64,000 bases of DNA from Octopus vulgaris (lineage: Eukaryota). The first letter of the stretch is position 1; every line of letters starts with the position of its first letter. The position numbers and the translations under genes are program-made. A model generated the notes under the pieces. The model was not told where the DNA came from. It made no database searches and was given only the letters and a program-made list of their open reading frames with translations. Shown here piece by piece: positions 13,901 through 27,893 of this stretch. Location: the NCBI GenBank assembly GCA_951406725.2, contig OX597814.1, forward strand, positions 174,158,001 to 174,222,000, written 5' to 3'.

Positions 13901-16900
13901 GCAAATCACATCATCCCAAATATTCCTAGATATACTACCACACATCTTCACAGAAGGAAGCGTTCACATGGTTGCTTAACCCTTTAGCATTTAATCTGAC
14001 CAGATCTGACCCAAATATTCCACCTGTTTTATGTTAAAACTGTCTGGATCCAACCACTCACACCTACCCTACAATGTCATTTTAAAAACATATAGCTACA
14101 CCATTTAAATTTTGAAGTTACAAAATAATATGTGATTAATTCAAAACAGTATGAATAAATAAGCAATAAATTTCACAAAGACGTCTGAATGCTAAAGGTT
14201 AAACTGATAGAAAAAGCAAAACCTCCCTCAAATTACACTCAACTATTTTAGATAAAGAAAAATGTTAGATAATGTAATCGTACACACCCTACAAAGAGAG
14301 GACATCACAGCAAGAATGCCTAAGACCATAGGTTTGTTTGTTCAGAGCAGATCTGGGGCAAAGCAACAACCTTCCACAAATAGATATTTCTATCCAGTCA
14401 ATTTCATTTTGTTCAAACTAATTTGACATCTCTCCTGCATATACTGGTCAATGTCTGATATCTACTCATTACTTCATGCATCCTTTCTCACAAAGTTGTT
14501 CATCTAACATATCAATATCTAAAATTCATTTTTCTTCCATTATAGCAATGTAAGACTACATTTTATACATTATAGATTATTTTCCATTTGGAGAGAGAAA
14601 AAAAAGCCCTTTACAATAAACAGATTAGTTTGATAAACTATTTCTAGAAACATCTTTTACAACACTGAACACCTTTTTGATCTCCATGTGTCTAACACAC
14701 GTAGACATGCCTACAAAGTCAGAAAACAACACAGCTCCCATGACTTTCGGAAACATTTTTTCACTCTCAGAGTTGCTGAAGCATGGAATAAACTGCCTGC
14801 GTCAGTTGTTGACTGCCATGACACTGCATCCTTTAAGGCCCTCATGCTTTCCGAAATCCGCCGAAACTACACCTGATTATATATACACTTTAGATGAGTT
14901 GTAGTGCACCTGAGCACTGTACACAATTATTATTATTATTATTATTATTATTAAATCTGCAACAAGAAATATGGTTTCAATAGGTTTCTACATTCAAACA
15001 TGATAATTCCAATTCAATGTTAAAATTCTTCAAAGTCTGAGCAATCCTTAAAAGTTCTAGTTCAAATTTGGGATTTCTTATCAAGTATGTAAAACCTCCC
15101 CTCAAATATATCAAGTATCATACATTAGAATAATCCCAATTTGCATCTAATCCAGCTCAGTCATCATATTATTAAGGCTGCGAGTTGGCAGAATCATTAG
15201 CATGCTGGTCAAAATGCTTAGCGGTATTTTGCCCATCTGTACGTTCTGAGTTCAAATTATGCTGAGGTTAACTTTGCCTTTCATCCTTTCAGGTTGATAA
15301 ATCAATATATTAAGTACCAGTCAAGTACTAGGGTCGATGTAATCGACTCATCCCCTCTCCCAAAATTGCTGCCCTTGTGATAAAATTTGAAACCATTATC
15401 ATTAAGGCAGCAAGTTGGCAGAATCATTAACGCACCAGCATTTCATCCGTCTTCATATTCTGAGTTCAATATTGCCTTTTATCCTTTCTAGGTCTATAAA
15501 ATAAGAACTAATTGAGTACTGGGGAAGGGTCAACATATTCAACATCCCCCACCCCAAAATTGCTGGCCTTGCACCAAAATTTAAAATCATTATTAGCATT
15601 GTTGATTTAAACACCACATTTATAACTAATCAATTTACTCTTTACTCTTTTTCTTGTTTCAGTCATTTGACTGTGGCCATGCTGGAGCACCGCCTTTAAT
15701 CGAGCAACTCGACACCAGGACTTATTCTTTTGTAAGCCCAGTACGTATTCTATCGGTCTCTTTTGCTGAACCGCTAAGTAACGGGGACAAACACACATAC
15801 GCATATATATATATATATATACATATATACGACGGGCTTCTTTCAGTTTCCGTCTACCAAATCCACTCACAAGGCGTTGGTCGGCCCGAGGCTATAGTAG
15901 AAGACACTTCAACGTGCCACGCAGTGGGATTGAACCCGGAACCATGTGGTTGGTAAACAAGCTACTTACCACACAGCCACTCCTGCACCTATCAATCAAT
16001 TACTTTTTTTTGCTGTACTCTATATCTAATATTGAGGGTAAGTCTACTTGAATAATCTTGCTAACTCAAAATAAGGAAACAGTCTTTTAGGAATAGCAGC
16101 CAAAACAATCTAAAGCAGTTCAAAATTAGAATCAGTCTCAGATTACAACCAATAATCTCATTAACCCATTGAGTGAATAGTGCACCATTCTAATGCTTCA
16201 TTCTTCTAATACCGAAATACTTCAGTTACCACATGAATAAGAAAAAGATATTTTTCAGCATAAAATATTAATTTTCATACTTTGATCAGCAGTAGAGAAG
16301 CAGCAGTACAGCAGTCACAATTCAAGTTGAAAATACTTCTGGCTTTCTGGAAAAGATATGTGAAAGTATTAAGACATTACAAAAGGGACTAAATTACTAA
16401 AAACTTGATTAAAAATAGATTCAGACAAGACAAGTAAAGCAGATTTGACAAAAATTATTATCATAGTTTTAACATCCTCTTTTCCATACTTGCATACATC
16501 AGACAGAATTTGTTGGGGCAGATTTTCTGCAGCCAGCTGCCCTTCCTGTTGCCAACTTCATCCATTACCAAATAAGGTTATATTTCCCCATGGTCAGACA
16601 TGTTGATGAGAATATTAAAAATGAATGACACTACTCATTTAAGAGTGAGTGAGGAGTGAGTGAGTGAGGAGTGAGTGAGTGAGGAGTGAGTGAGTGAGGA
16701 GTGAGTGAGTGAGGAGTGAGTGAGTGAGGAGTGAGTGAGGAGTGAGTGAGTGAGGAGTGAGTGAGTGAGGAGTGAGTGAGTGAGGAGTGAGTGAGTGAGT
16801 GAGTGAGTGAGTGAGTGAGTGAGGAGTGAGTGAGTGAGGAGTGAGTGAGGAGTGAGTGAGTGAGGAGTGAGTGAGGAGTGAGTGAGTGAGGAGTGAGTGA

Positions 16901-17440
16901 GTGAGGAGTGAGTGAGTGAGGAGTGAGTGAGTGGTGAGTGAGGAGTGAGTGAGTGAGTGAGTGAGTGAGTGAGTGAGTGAGTGAGTGAGGAGTGAGTGAG
17001 AGTGAGTGAGTGAGTGAGTGAGTGAGTGAGTGAGTGAGTGAGGAGTGAGTGAGTGAGTGAGTGAGTGAGTGAGTGAGTGAGTGAGTGAGGAGTGAGTGAG
17101 TGAGTGAGGAGTGAGGAGTGAGTGAGTGAGGAGTGAGTGAGCGAGGAGTGAGTGAGCGAGGAGTGAGTGAGCGAGGAGTGAGTGTGTGAGTGTGAGTGTG
17201 TGAGTGTGAGTGTGAGTGTGTGTGTGTGTGTGTGTGTGAGTGTGTGTGTGTGGTGTGTGTGTGAGTGTGTGTGTGAGTGTGTGTGTGAGTGTGTGTGTGA
17301 GTGTGTGTGTGAGTGTGAGTGTGTGTGTGAGTGTGTGTGTGTGTGTGAGTGAGTGTGTGTGTGTGTGTGAGTGTGAGAGTGTGTGTGTGAGTGTGAGAGT
17401 GTGTGTGAGTGTGAGTGTGTGTGAGTGTGTGTGTGTGTGT

Positions 17441-17498
<58 letters not shown>

Positions 17499-20400
17499 AC
17501 ATGGTGGGTCTCTCAGTTTCCATCAAATAGTCACAAGGCTTAGGTCAGACCTGAATTATAGAAGATAATTGCCTAAAGTGGCACACAGTGAGATGAAACT
17601 GGAAACCAGGCAATCAGGAAGCAAACTTCTTAACCACAGAACCACATCCGCATTTATTAATTTGATACAACAGAAAAAGAAAAAAAAAAAACCCCATTAA
17701 AATAAGCTCAAGTTAATTTTATGAATTACTAAAATCCAAGTATTGCAGCAATGTATGTACATAGATATGTACATATACGTGTAAGCATGCACAACTGAAT
17801 GAAATCAGTTTTGCAAACAGTTTGGAACTTGTATGCAAAAAGTTTGCCAGCATAATCAAAAGTGAAGCTCATCACTTTGAAGGCAACAATGTACTCTAAA
17901 ATAGAGGTTTGCAAATTTATATATAAATTATTTATAAAATTTAGCCAAAAAAATAAACATTTTAAAATAAGGCTTTAACCCTTTTGTTACCGTATTTATT
18001 TTGAGATGTTCTGTGTTTCTTTCAATTACGTTAAATATAACAAAGAATTTAGTAAAATAACTTAGTTATCATTCAACTAGTGTTAGGAACATAAATTGTG
18101 ACAGGTTTGGGGAAGATTTTAATTCAAAACTTATGACAATAAGACATTTGTACTTAAAGCAAGTGCCAGTTTCAGGCAGGTTGATAATGAAAGGGTTAAA
18201 AGAATGCTTACTTTTACAGCAATAGCTCTCTTGAACCAGTTCTGAATAAAGGTTGCAGCAGCATGGCGTCTTGCAATTGTTTCTTTGAGTTGTCTAAAAG
18301 AAAAATATGCTTATCTTTCATTTGAAAAAAAATTTGAGGTTTACATCTTTGGTTTTAATGGAATAGCTTTTCAAACAATTTTGTTTCAGTTTGTCATCAG
18401 GTAAGATTTAGTCCCTTATCTTTATTGCACATAGAAATTTCATACTTTCATCCACTATGTTATGGACAGTGTATAAGTAAATGATATCAAATGCTTTTTT
18501 CTTTCCTCCCAATTAAATAAATTCAGTATAATAATTCAACTCTTTGGTATTCAGATTACTCTGTCAAATGTAATACATATTCATTCACATTAGTTTGAAT
18601 TAATCATGCATTATCTTGTAGCTTTGAGATTTCAGTGATGCAATTGCTAATGTTTGAATAACACAGTTACGTATAGGTAGGCAACCAAATTTGGCCAATT
18701 TCAACATAGAAAATTTGGGACCAGAAAAGGCTGGTTTAAATGCTAAAGGGTTAAACTAAAATCATGTTAAATATAACATACTTGAGAGCCAAAACTAAGT
18801 GTATCTGAAACACTAAAGCAAGATTTAAAGTACTAATGGTATTTATTCTTTATAAACATTTATTTTTTACACTTAAATGTTTTATAATGTAATGGTTGAG
18901 CAATCTCCTACAGACGAAACCAACGTTAATTTCAAAAGCTTAATTCACTAAAACAGCATCTGGTAGTACAGATAACAAGACTTAAATTCTATTTCAAAAT
19001 GCAAATTTAAAAAGCTCTAGGTTCAAGAGAAGCTATTTCACATGAAACTGCTAAAAGAAAAATGTAAAATGAAAATACCTGCGAGATTCCAATATTCGAT
19101 ACCATCTTTGGATCTTGATGGCACTAGATCTCTGTGTTAAAAAGCATCTACGTTCCAGCTTCATCCGTACAATTGATTGTAAAAAGACTGTTGAGGTTTT
19201 AAGACTACAATAATTCTTCCTTTCAATCTCCATTTGAATACAAGCTCGGTACCATTGCTGAATTTTAATTACAGAAGACTTTGTTCTTTTGAAATGTCTT
19301 TCTTGAATTGTTCTTCGTAGGTGAGATTGTATTGTTATTACAGAAGCCCTAACCTTTAAATAATCTTCTCTAGCCAGTTTCATTGCAATGAGAGACTGAA
19401 ACCACTGTTGAATAACTCGGATAGCCACTTGCTTTGATAAGTAGCTTTTTCGTTCTGCTCTCATACTTGAAGTAGCTCTCCACCACTCTTGCAGTTTGAC
19501 AGCACACTGTTTTCGTTTATTAAACTTCTTCTGCTCTCTATAGCACCGATATACTGACTGGATCTTTATAACAGCCGTTCGATATTCTATGTATCTTTGC
19601 TGATCACTTCGCATTAAAATAACAGCACGATACCAATTCTGAATTTTCAAGGCACTATCTTTAAGTTCAAGAAATTTCTTCTGCTGTTGCCAGCTACGAA
19701 CATGTGATTGCATTTTGATAGTATATGTCTTAAGGGAGAGATAATAGGCTCTATCAGATTTTGCTACTTTACAAGCCCTAAACCAATTTTGCAGTAAAAC
19801 AACACTTTCTTTTTGTTTGCAGAATTTTTGTCTTGTTAAGAATTGCCGGACATGTGCTTGAATTGTGGTGACAGCAATTCTTTTTTGCAGAAATTGTTGA
19901 CGGCAGATTTTCATACTTCTCAGAGCTCGAAACCTAGCTTGAAGAATCTTGGTATATTTTTTAAGTTCCAAATAATCCTTATGGCATTGTCTCATTTGAC
20001 TGATAGATCTGTACCATTGTTGAATTACAATAGCAGCATTTTTGCAATTTAAATACTTTTTCTGTTGTTGTTTTGCTCTAACTAAAGCCTGCATTCTAAT
20101 AATTGTTCTTTTTTCAGCTTGAAACTTAGTTTTAGCCAAATAAGCACGCCAACGGCACTGAATAATTACAGCAGAGTGGCATTTTAATTGTAACTCTCTT
20201 CGAACTTGACTGCCCCGAAACAAGGCTTGTATCAAGGTAACAGAGGCAATTATATTATTGTATCTTCTTCTGGCAATAAATCCTCGTAGATTGCTTTGGA
20301 TTTTTATGGCAGCATTCTTCTGGGCAATAAAATCATGGCGAACACGTTTCCCAATCAAATAAGCAGACATGTACTGCTGCAGAACACAAGTAGCAGTTTT

Positions 20401-23400
20401 TAATTTGGAGAACTCTTTTTGAGCTACATAACATTTCCATGTTGCCTGTATCAGTTGTGCTGCATTGTTTTGTCTTTTTTCTTCTTGAAGTTGTTTCTCT
20501 CGCAATTCCTGAAGAAACTGCATCCGAAGTTTTCTACTTTCAAGTTTGGATCTATAGAGTTTCTGAATTAAAATTACAGACGAAAGTAACTTTAAATATC
20601 TGGATTGGCAATAATGCTTCCTGAAGCTTGACTGAATAACTACAGCAGCTGCCACTTGACTTTTCAACAATTGGCGCTGCATTGCACCACGCCACATAGA
20701 TTGTATTTGTATAGAAGCTTGCTTTTCTTTCAAGAATTTGTTCCGTTGCTTTCTGCACAAGATAATACCTCTGTACCATCGTTGTATCTGGGTTGTTGAC
20801 TTGCAGAGGGAACGATAGTTTTGACGTTTTTGATGCATTCTTACTGCTGCTTGTAAAACACGGATAGCCTCGAGCTGTTTGTGGTACTTTCTCTGCTGGG
20901 AATACATACGGTAAAAGCTCTGTAGAACTATGACAGCACTTTTCATTCTTTGGTAATCTGAGGCAACACGGTAGCTTTCTTGATGATTCCTATACCATCT
21001 TTGAATTACAATGGCACACTGTTGTTCAAGAACACCCCTAGACACATCTAAAATGTTTGGTCTTGAATCTCCTGCATTAATCTACAAAACAATTTTTGAA
21101 AAATTAAAATCATTACATGATCCTTTTTTAAATGTTTTATAACAGTCATCAATAAGGTTTCTAAGAAAATCTGCATTCTTCATTAAAATTTTCTCCTCCA
21201 ATTTTTAGCATTATGATATTCACATTCTTGGAAAAGGTATTTTGCAGTTTTATTATATCACCAATACAATCTTTTGTGAAACTATTGCCTATTTTTCTGT
21301 TAAATGTAGGGTTTTGCTCAACAAAACACCAATAGCTGTATTGGTAGTAAGCTTGGAATTTTTACCATATAATCACTGTAACTTTGAACCTTGAAAATGA
21401 CCATCATTAAACATCCATGTTCCAATGCTAACATGGGTTGGACAATTTGACAGAATCCAACAGGTTCAATATCTGCATCTTGTGGTTTACTTTGGCATGG
21501 TTTCTATGGCTGGATACACTTCATGACACCAACCACTTTACAATAAGTAATGGGTGCATTTTTCAAGACACTAAGGCCTCCATACAGTTTGCAAGACTAA
21601 GATCCTCTTTGGCTGAGTAGAACTTATGCAAGGAGGTGAGTGTTAAAATAGGAGGGAAGAGGCCAAAATAACACAGGTTGCTTCCTGTAAAGGAGCTACA
21701 TGGCTAATTGCATTATTGAAGAGAGGGTGAGAGCGACTAGGAAGAGTTAAAAGAATAAAGGGTCATAGTGAACCCTTAAGTTATAAGGCAAGTAGGAGTG
21801 GAGGCAAGTAGAAGTGAGTGACAGAAGAACAAAGTGTAGATGAGTAAACAGTGCAAAAGTATACAAAGAATAAAAGATGGTTAAAGATGGAGAATGGGTG
21901 AAGAGCTGAATATAATTAACTGTTGAGGGACAAGTAGGGATGGTAGGAAAGAGCAGGTGACAAATGTAGAGATTAGGTAAGATTGAGGGGTGAATGGTGG
22001 CTGGGAACGTGACTTATGCTGCAAGTTGGGGAGCAAAGGGAGAGTAAGAGATGACTGACAGTAGAGAAAAAGTGGAGATCAGATCATTTCTATGTTGGCT
22101 TTAGTTCCACATATCACATGGAAAACAAAAATTCTAAGATTTCATTTGGATATGAAGCAGCAACAAGCTAAAATCCATAATTTATCAAAAGAACATAAAA
22201 CAAAACCAGACAGGAGGAAAAAAATAAACTTTAAAAAAATTTAAATGCTATATTTACCTGATTCTGAAGTATCAAACTCTTTTCTTCAAAGTCCATATCA
22301 GAATGTGGTTGGAGACTTGTATTGATTTTACTGGAGTTCAGCACCTGGGTACCATCAGCACTGTCACTTTCATCACATTCAACCTGTGACAGGTGTTTGC
22401 TATCATATTTAGAGGAAGAAAGTCTTTCATAATCAACTATTCTGGAATTGTTGGCATCTGTTATAATATTGGCAGTAGAACTAGCAGAGCTGCCTTTCTG
22501 ATCATCACCATTAGAAACCATTGAGAAATCTTGATCACAATGAGAAAATTCATCCTGAAGATCACAGTGTCCATCAGCAGGACAGTCAGCTGATAGATCA
22601 TGGTGACCATCAGTGGAGCCATTTTGTAGACCACGGTCACCGTCAGTGGAGTCATTTAGCAGAAGAACACGGTCACCATCGGCGCAGTCATTTTGCAGAG
22701 GAACATGGTCACCATCAGCGGAGTCATTTTGCAGAGGAACACAGTTACCGTCGGCAGAGTCACATTGCAGAAGAACACGGTTACCGTCAGCGGAGTCATT
22801 TTGCAAAAGAACACGATTACCATCGGCAGAGTCATTTTGCAAAAGAACACGGTCACCATCAGTGGAGTCATTTTGCAGAACACGGTCACCAACAGTGGAG
22901 TCATTTTGCAGACGAACACAGTCACCGTCAGCGGAGTCATTTTGCAAAAGAACACGGTCACCGTCAGTGGAGTCATTTCGCAGGACATGGTCACCGACAG
23001 CAGAGTCATTTCGCAGAACATGGTCACCATCAGTGGAGTCATTTTGCAGGACATGGTCACCGACAGCAGAGTCATTTCGCAGAACATGGTCACCGACAGC
23101 AGAGTCATTTCGCAGAACATGGTCACCGACAGCAGAGTCATTTCGCAGAACATGGTCACCAACAGCAGAGTCATTTCGCAGAACATGGTCACCGACAGCA
23201 GAGTCATTTCGCAGAACATGGTCACCGACAGCAGAGTCATTTCGCAGAACATGGTCACCGACAGCAGAGTCATTTCGCAGAACATGGTCACCGACAGCAG
23301 AGTCATTTCGCAGAACATGGTCACCGACAGCAGAGTCATTTTGCAGAACATGGTCACCGACAGCAGAGTCATTTCTCAGAACATGGTCACCGACAGCAGA

Positions 23401-26400
23401 GTCATTTCGCAGAACATGGTCACCGACAGCGGAGTCATTTTGCAGAAGAACATGGTTACCATCGGTGGAGTCATTTCGCAGAACATGGTCACCGACAGCA
23501 GAGTCATTTCGCAGAACATGGTCACCGACAGCAGAGTCATTTCGCAGAACATGGTCACCGAAAGCGGAGTCATTTTGCAGAAGAACACGGTTGCCATCAG
23601 TGGAGTCATTTTGCAAAAGAACACGGTCACCGTCAGTGGAGTCATTTTGCAGGACATGGTCACCGACAGCAGAGTCATTTCGCAGAACATGGTCACCGAA
23701 AGCGGAGTCATTTTGCAGAAGAACACGGTTGCCATCAGCGGAGTCATTTTGCAGAAGAACATGGTTACCATCGGTGTAGTCATTTTGCAGAAGAACATGG
23801 TCACTGTCAGTGGAGGCAGTTTGCAGAAGAACATGGTCACCATCAGTGGAGTCATTTTGCAGAACACGGTTACAGTCAGTGGAGTCATTTTGCAGATCAT
23901 GGTGACCATCAGTGGAGTCATCTAGCAGATCACGGTGGCTGTTAGTAGAGTCATCTAGCAGACCACGGTGGCTGTCGGTGGAGTCATTTTGCAGGTTATG
24001 TTCATGGTAACAGTCAAGGTTATTTTGTAGATCACAGTGACCATCAGTGGGGTCATCTAGCTGACCACAATTTTCAGCATAAGCATCTGGCTGATCACAG
24101 TGCTCGTTTGTGGTGTCTTTTTTCAAGTCACAATGGACTTTGTTGATTTTTGCTCTCTTCAGAAATTTACCAGAATCATCCAGAGTACTAAGATGTTCCA
24201 ATTCATTCAAAGTCGAAGTCTCTAATCTACTTCTAATCTCAGTTGTGCTGTTTGCTTCACTTTCGTTAATGTTAGCTTTATCATTGAGATCTATATTTCT
24301 ATCTGGTGTACCATCATTCAAGTTCTGATTATGCTCCAAATATTTATTGGGACTACAAACAGATTGTTGTTTAGAGATTGCTTGCACTCCAATATATTCA
24401 GTCACTATCTCATCTCCAGATTTCTCAACACTGCAAATGTTGCTTTGAACACCATTATCAATATCTATAGTCTGATTTAAGAGACGGGAATGGTGAGGTT
24501 TATTGTTATTGTTAATCTCAAAAGTGCCATTAAGGGGATTATTGAAATCTTCATGCTCAAATTCAATAGTTTGATTCAATTTTGATGTTTTTAAACTGAT
24601 ACATCCCTCTCTGGCATTCCGGTTTTCTTGCTTCTGTTGGCCAAGATCATTTGAATCATTTACTTTACGAATGACTAAGTTGAGTGGTGAGTTATTGGTT
24701 TCTGCATCTCTTTGATAGTTGTTCCCGTCAGAAACTAAATCCAGACATGAAACTTCTGCTATTGTGTCCAAATTACACTTTGGCAAGTAACTGTGCTCAG
24801 TATTATTGTGTTTCTGATCACACTGGAATGGTGAAAGAGCCAAATTTTTATTTGAGTGTTCTACCAATGAACTAGTCTTGTTGTATGATCCAACTTGGGG
24901 AGAAAGGACTTGTATTTTATTTATTGTATTACATTGCCATTGGGTTACCACTGCAGATTTACTCTTCATCTAAACCAAATAAAATTAAAAATAAAGCCAA
25001 CTATTAGCAAAAGAAATGTTAAAAATATTTATTTGAAAATTTGGAAGGAAAAATTACATGATATACGTTCATTCAAGCATAAATACTTACCCTCTGTAGC
25101 CTCTGCTTCTTGCGCCAGAGATATTTCCGCCAGGCCATTTGGATAACAATAGCCGCTCTTGCTTCATGTCTTATTTCAAGTAAACGTATGGCAAGGTAAG
25201 TAATATAGGTGATCACTACTTTCTCATCTGGTATAGTATTGGACATGTCCGAGTGACGCAACATAGCTGGTACACCACCAATAGCACTCACCTAAAATAC
25301 ATAAATACTTATTAAATATAAAATATCTGCAACTTTATGTAGTAACAATATTTTCATTAATCAACACAATATTTTCATTAAATATTAGCAAAATTTACAA
25401 AAAATAATTTCAAACTAACAGTTTCAATCAGTTAACTTGCCTTGCTCTCAAGAGTGAGAGCAGCGTAACTGCTAAGACAAATTTAATGACAAGCCTTATG
25501 TCAAAAATTACAATCAAATGCTTATTTCAAAATTAAAACCCTTCAAACATAATTTTTAGTGTACCATGAGAAGAGAATTGTTTCAAGTAGCACTCCCACT
25601 CCTACTGTATATTTTGGGACTACTGAACTACAAGTCTCTTTAAATTGTGATTAGCTGACTTCATGTTAAGCTTCAACTCAAAATCTCAAGTACCCTACCC
25701 CATGTCTTGCCATTTGAACTTGGTCTTTAACTTAGTAAAGGTTATCTGAGTTACATGTAGCCTTACCATAAAACCTCAAATAGAAGAAAAAAAAAGTCAC
25801 AACTTACTTTTTTAGCAATAAGTTTAAAATTTTCGGCTTCATTAGCTAAAAGAGCTTCATAAATTTTAGGTTTCCCTGTTTCTGAAACAAATTTTATAAA
25901 AACAAATATAATTTATTTTTGATAAAAGTAACTCAGTATACAGAAACAGAAATATTGGTGATGTGTCCAAGTACATGAATAAGTAACAGTACAATGCAGT
26001 AAACCAAACTTACTAGGGCTAAACCGAGTGCTGAATGTGAGTTCATCCAAACTCTGATCACTGTCTTGTTGTTGATTTTCACATTCATTGATGTAAGTTA
26101 CTGTTGTGTCCCGTTTGATTTCAGACAGTGGCAGCAATCCAGGATAATAATGATGAATTAGATAACACAAAACACGTCCATCAGAGAAGGATACTGTAAA
26201 ATTCTCAATCTGAAATTTGCAAGGAAAGCAAATAAAAAAAAAAGTTATAATGAAAGTAAATGAAAAATAGAATTAAACTCAAGTATTTCACATATCAGAA
26301 TGTGAAAGTTACTTTGTTACACCCGAGAAAAAGATTAGTCTTGTATAGCAACTTCTAAATGGATGAACTTAATCTGCTCAACCATCACAAATGCAATTCA

Positions 26401-27855
26401 AATTGGAACAAGTTTCTACAGAAATTTTATTTTAACAAATTTGTTTATTAAATTAAAATCTAATTTGTTTAATCAATTTATCGTTTGATCATTGACAACA
26501 AGTGTGATCAATGACAGAGCGGCTAACCAGCTTCAGTGCCAGTGGCACTTAAAAGACACCATTCGAGCATGATCGTTACCAGCGTTGCCTTACTGGCACT
26601 CGAGCCCCGTGCTAGTAGGGTATTAAGAGCACCATCCGAGCATGATCGTTGCCAGAGCAGCTATCTGACCTCCATGCCGGTGGCATGTAAAAGAGACAAT
26701 TCGAGCATGATTGTTACCAGCATCGCCTTACTGGCACCTGTGCCGATGGCATGTGTAAAAGATTCAAGCAAGGTCGTTGCCAGTACCGCCTGACTGGCCC
26801 CGTGCCTGTGGAATGCAAAAGCACCCACTACACTCTCGGAGTGGTTGGCGGTAGGAAGGGCATCCAGCTGTCGAAACTCTGCCAGATCAAGGTTGAAGCC
26901 TGGTGCAGCCATCTGGTTTGCCAGCCCTCAGTCATTCGTCCAACCCATGCTAGCATGGAAAACGGACGTTAAACGACGAACGATTTTGACATATGAAATA
27001 ATTGAAGCAATTGTTCTACAGTATCAAGACAACTACCTACTAGATAATTACCTCCTAATAATTATTAATTATTGTAAATATAGTCCACAGATTTCAGTTT
27101 TAGTGGTGATATAATATAAATCTTATTGGATAACAGCTAAAACAAAAATAAAACTATTTAGTTTCATTAGAATTTATTAGCACCCCAATAGTTGTACTTT
27201 TAATTTTCTCTTAATTTGGATGACTTACCCAGGGTAAATATCTGAAGGTAATTGTCTTATGGGGGTGGGGACAATTACAAAAATATTTTATAACCCTCCA
27301 GACACAATGAAGAACTAACACAATGCAATATCTTAAAGTTTGTTCTCTAGACAATATGATCATTTCACAGTATGAGATGGTCACAACCCTACTCAATTTC
27401 AGTCATAGTGAGAGTGATGGTCAGCATATCATTCCATCCACCACCCCAATGCTCTTGACAACTGAAATCCAAATGCTATTAGTCTATTATAAACTCCATT
27501 AGCAGCTAAGTGCATGTGTCTACATCAAAGGACAATTTTGTTAACACCCTCAGACTACCACTGTATGCTTCTTCTCCAACCTAAACAATGTTGGTACCAG
27601 CAGCCTTAGGCTGGCAGCTCCCATTGCTGCAAAAGCTCTCTATATCATGAAGATGTGGCTTCTCAGTTATAGTGAAAGTAACCATAGGCGCAGGAGTGGC
27701 TGTGTGGTAAGTAGCTTGTTTACCAACCACATGGTTCTGGGCTAAGTCCCACTGCGTGGCACCTTGGGCAAGTGTCTTCTACTATAGCCTCGGGCCGACC
27801 AAAGCCTTGTGAGTGGATTTGGTAGATGGAAACTGAAAGAAGCCCATCGTATATA

Positions 27856-27893
<38 letters not shown>

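Noticed and set aside
16631-17526. His/Thr/Leu-rich ORFs of ~290 aa
   Set aside because: They are translations of a microsatellite.
22555-24065. CRISPR-like array, or a secreted glycoprotein with repeated N-D-S sequons
   Set aside because: The units are contiguous with no unique spacers, and the context is eukaryotic. There is no signal peptide, and the frame splices into intracellular ASPM.
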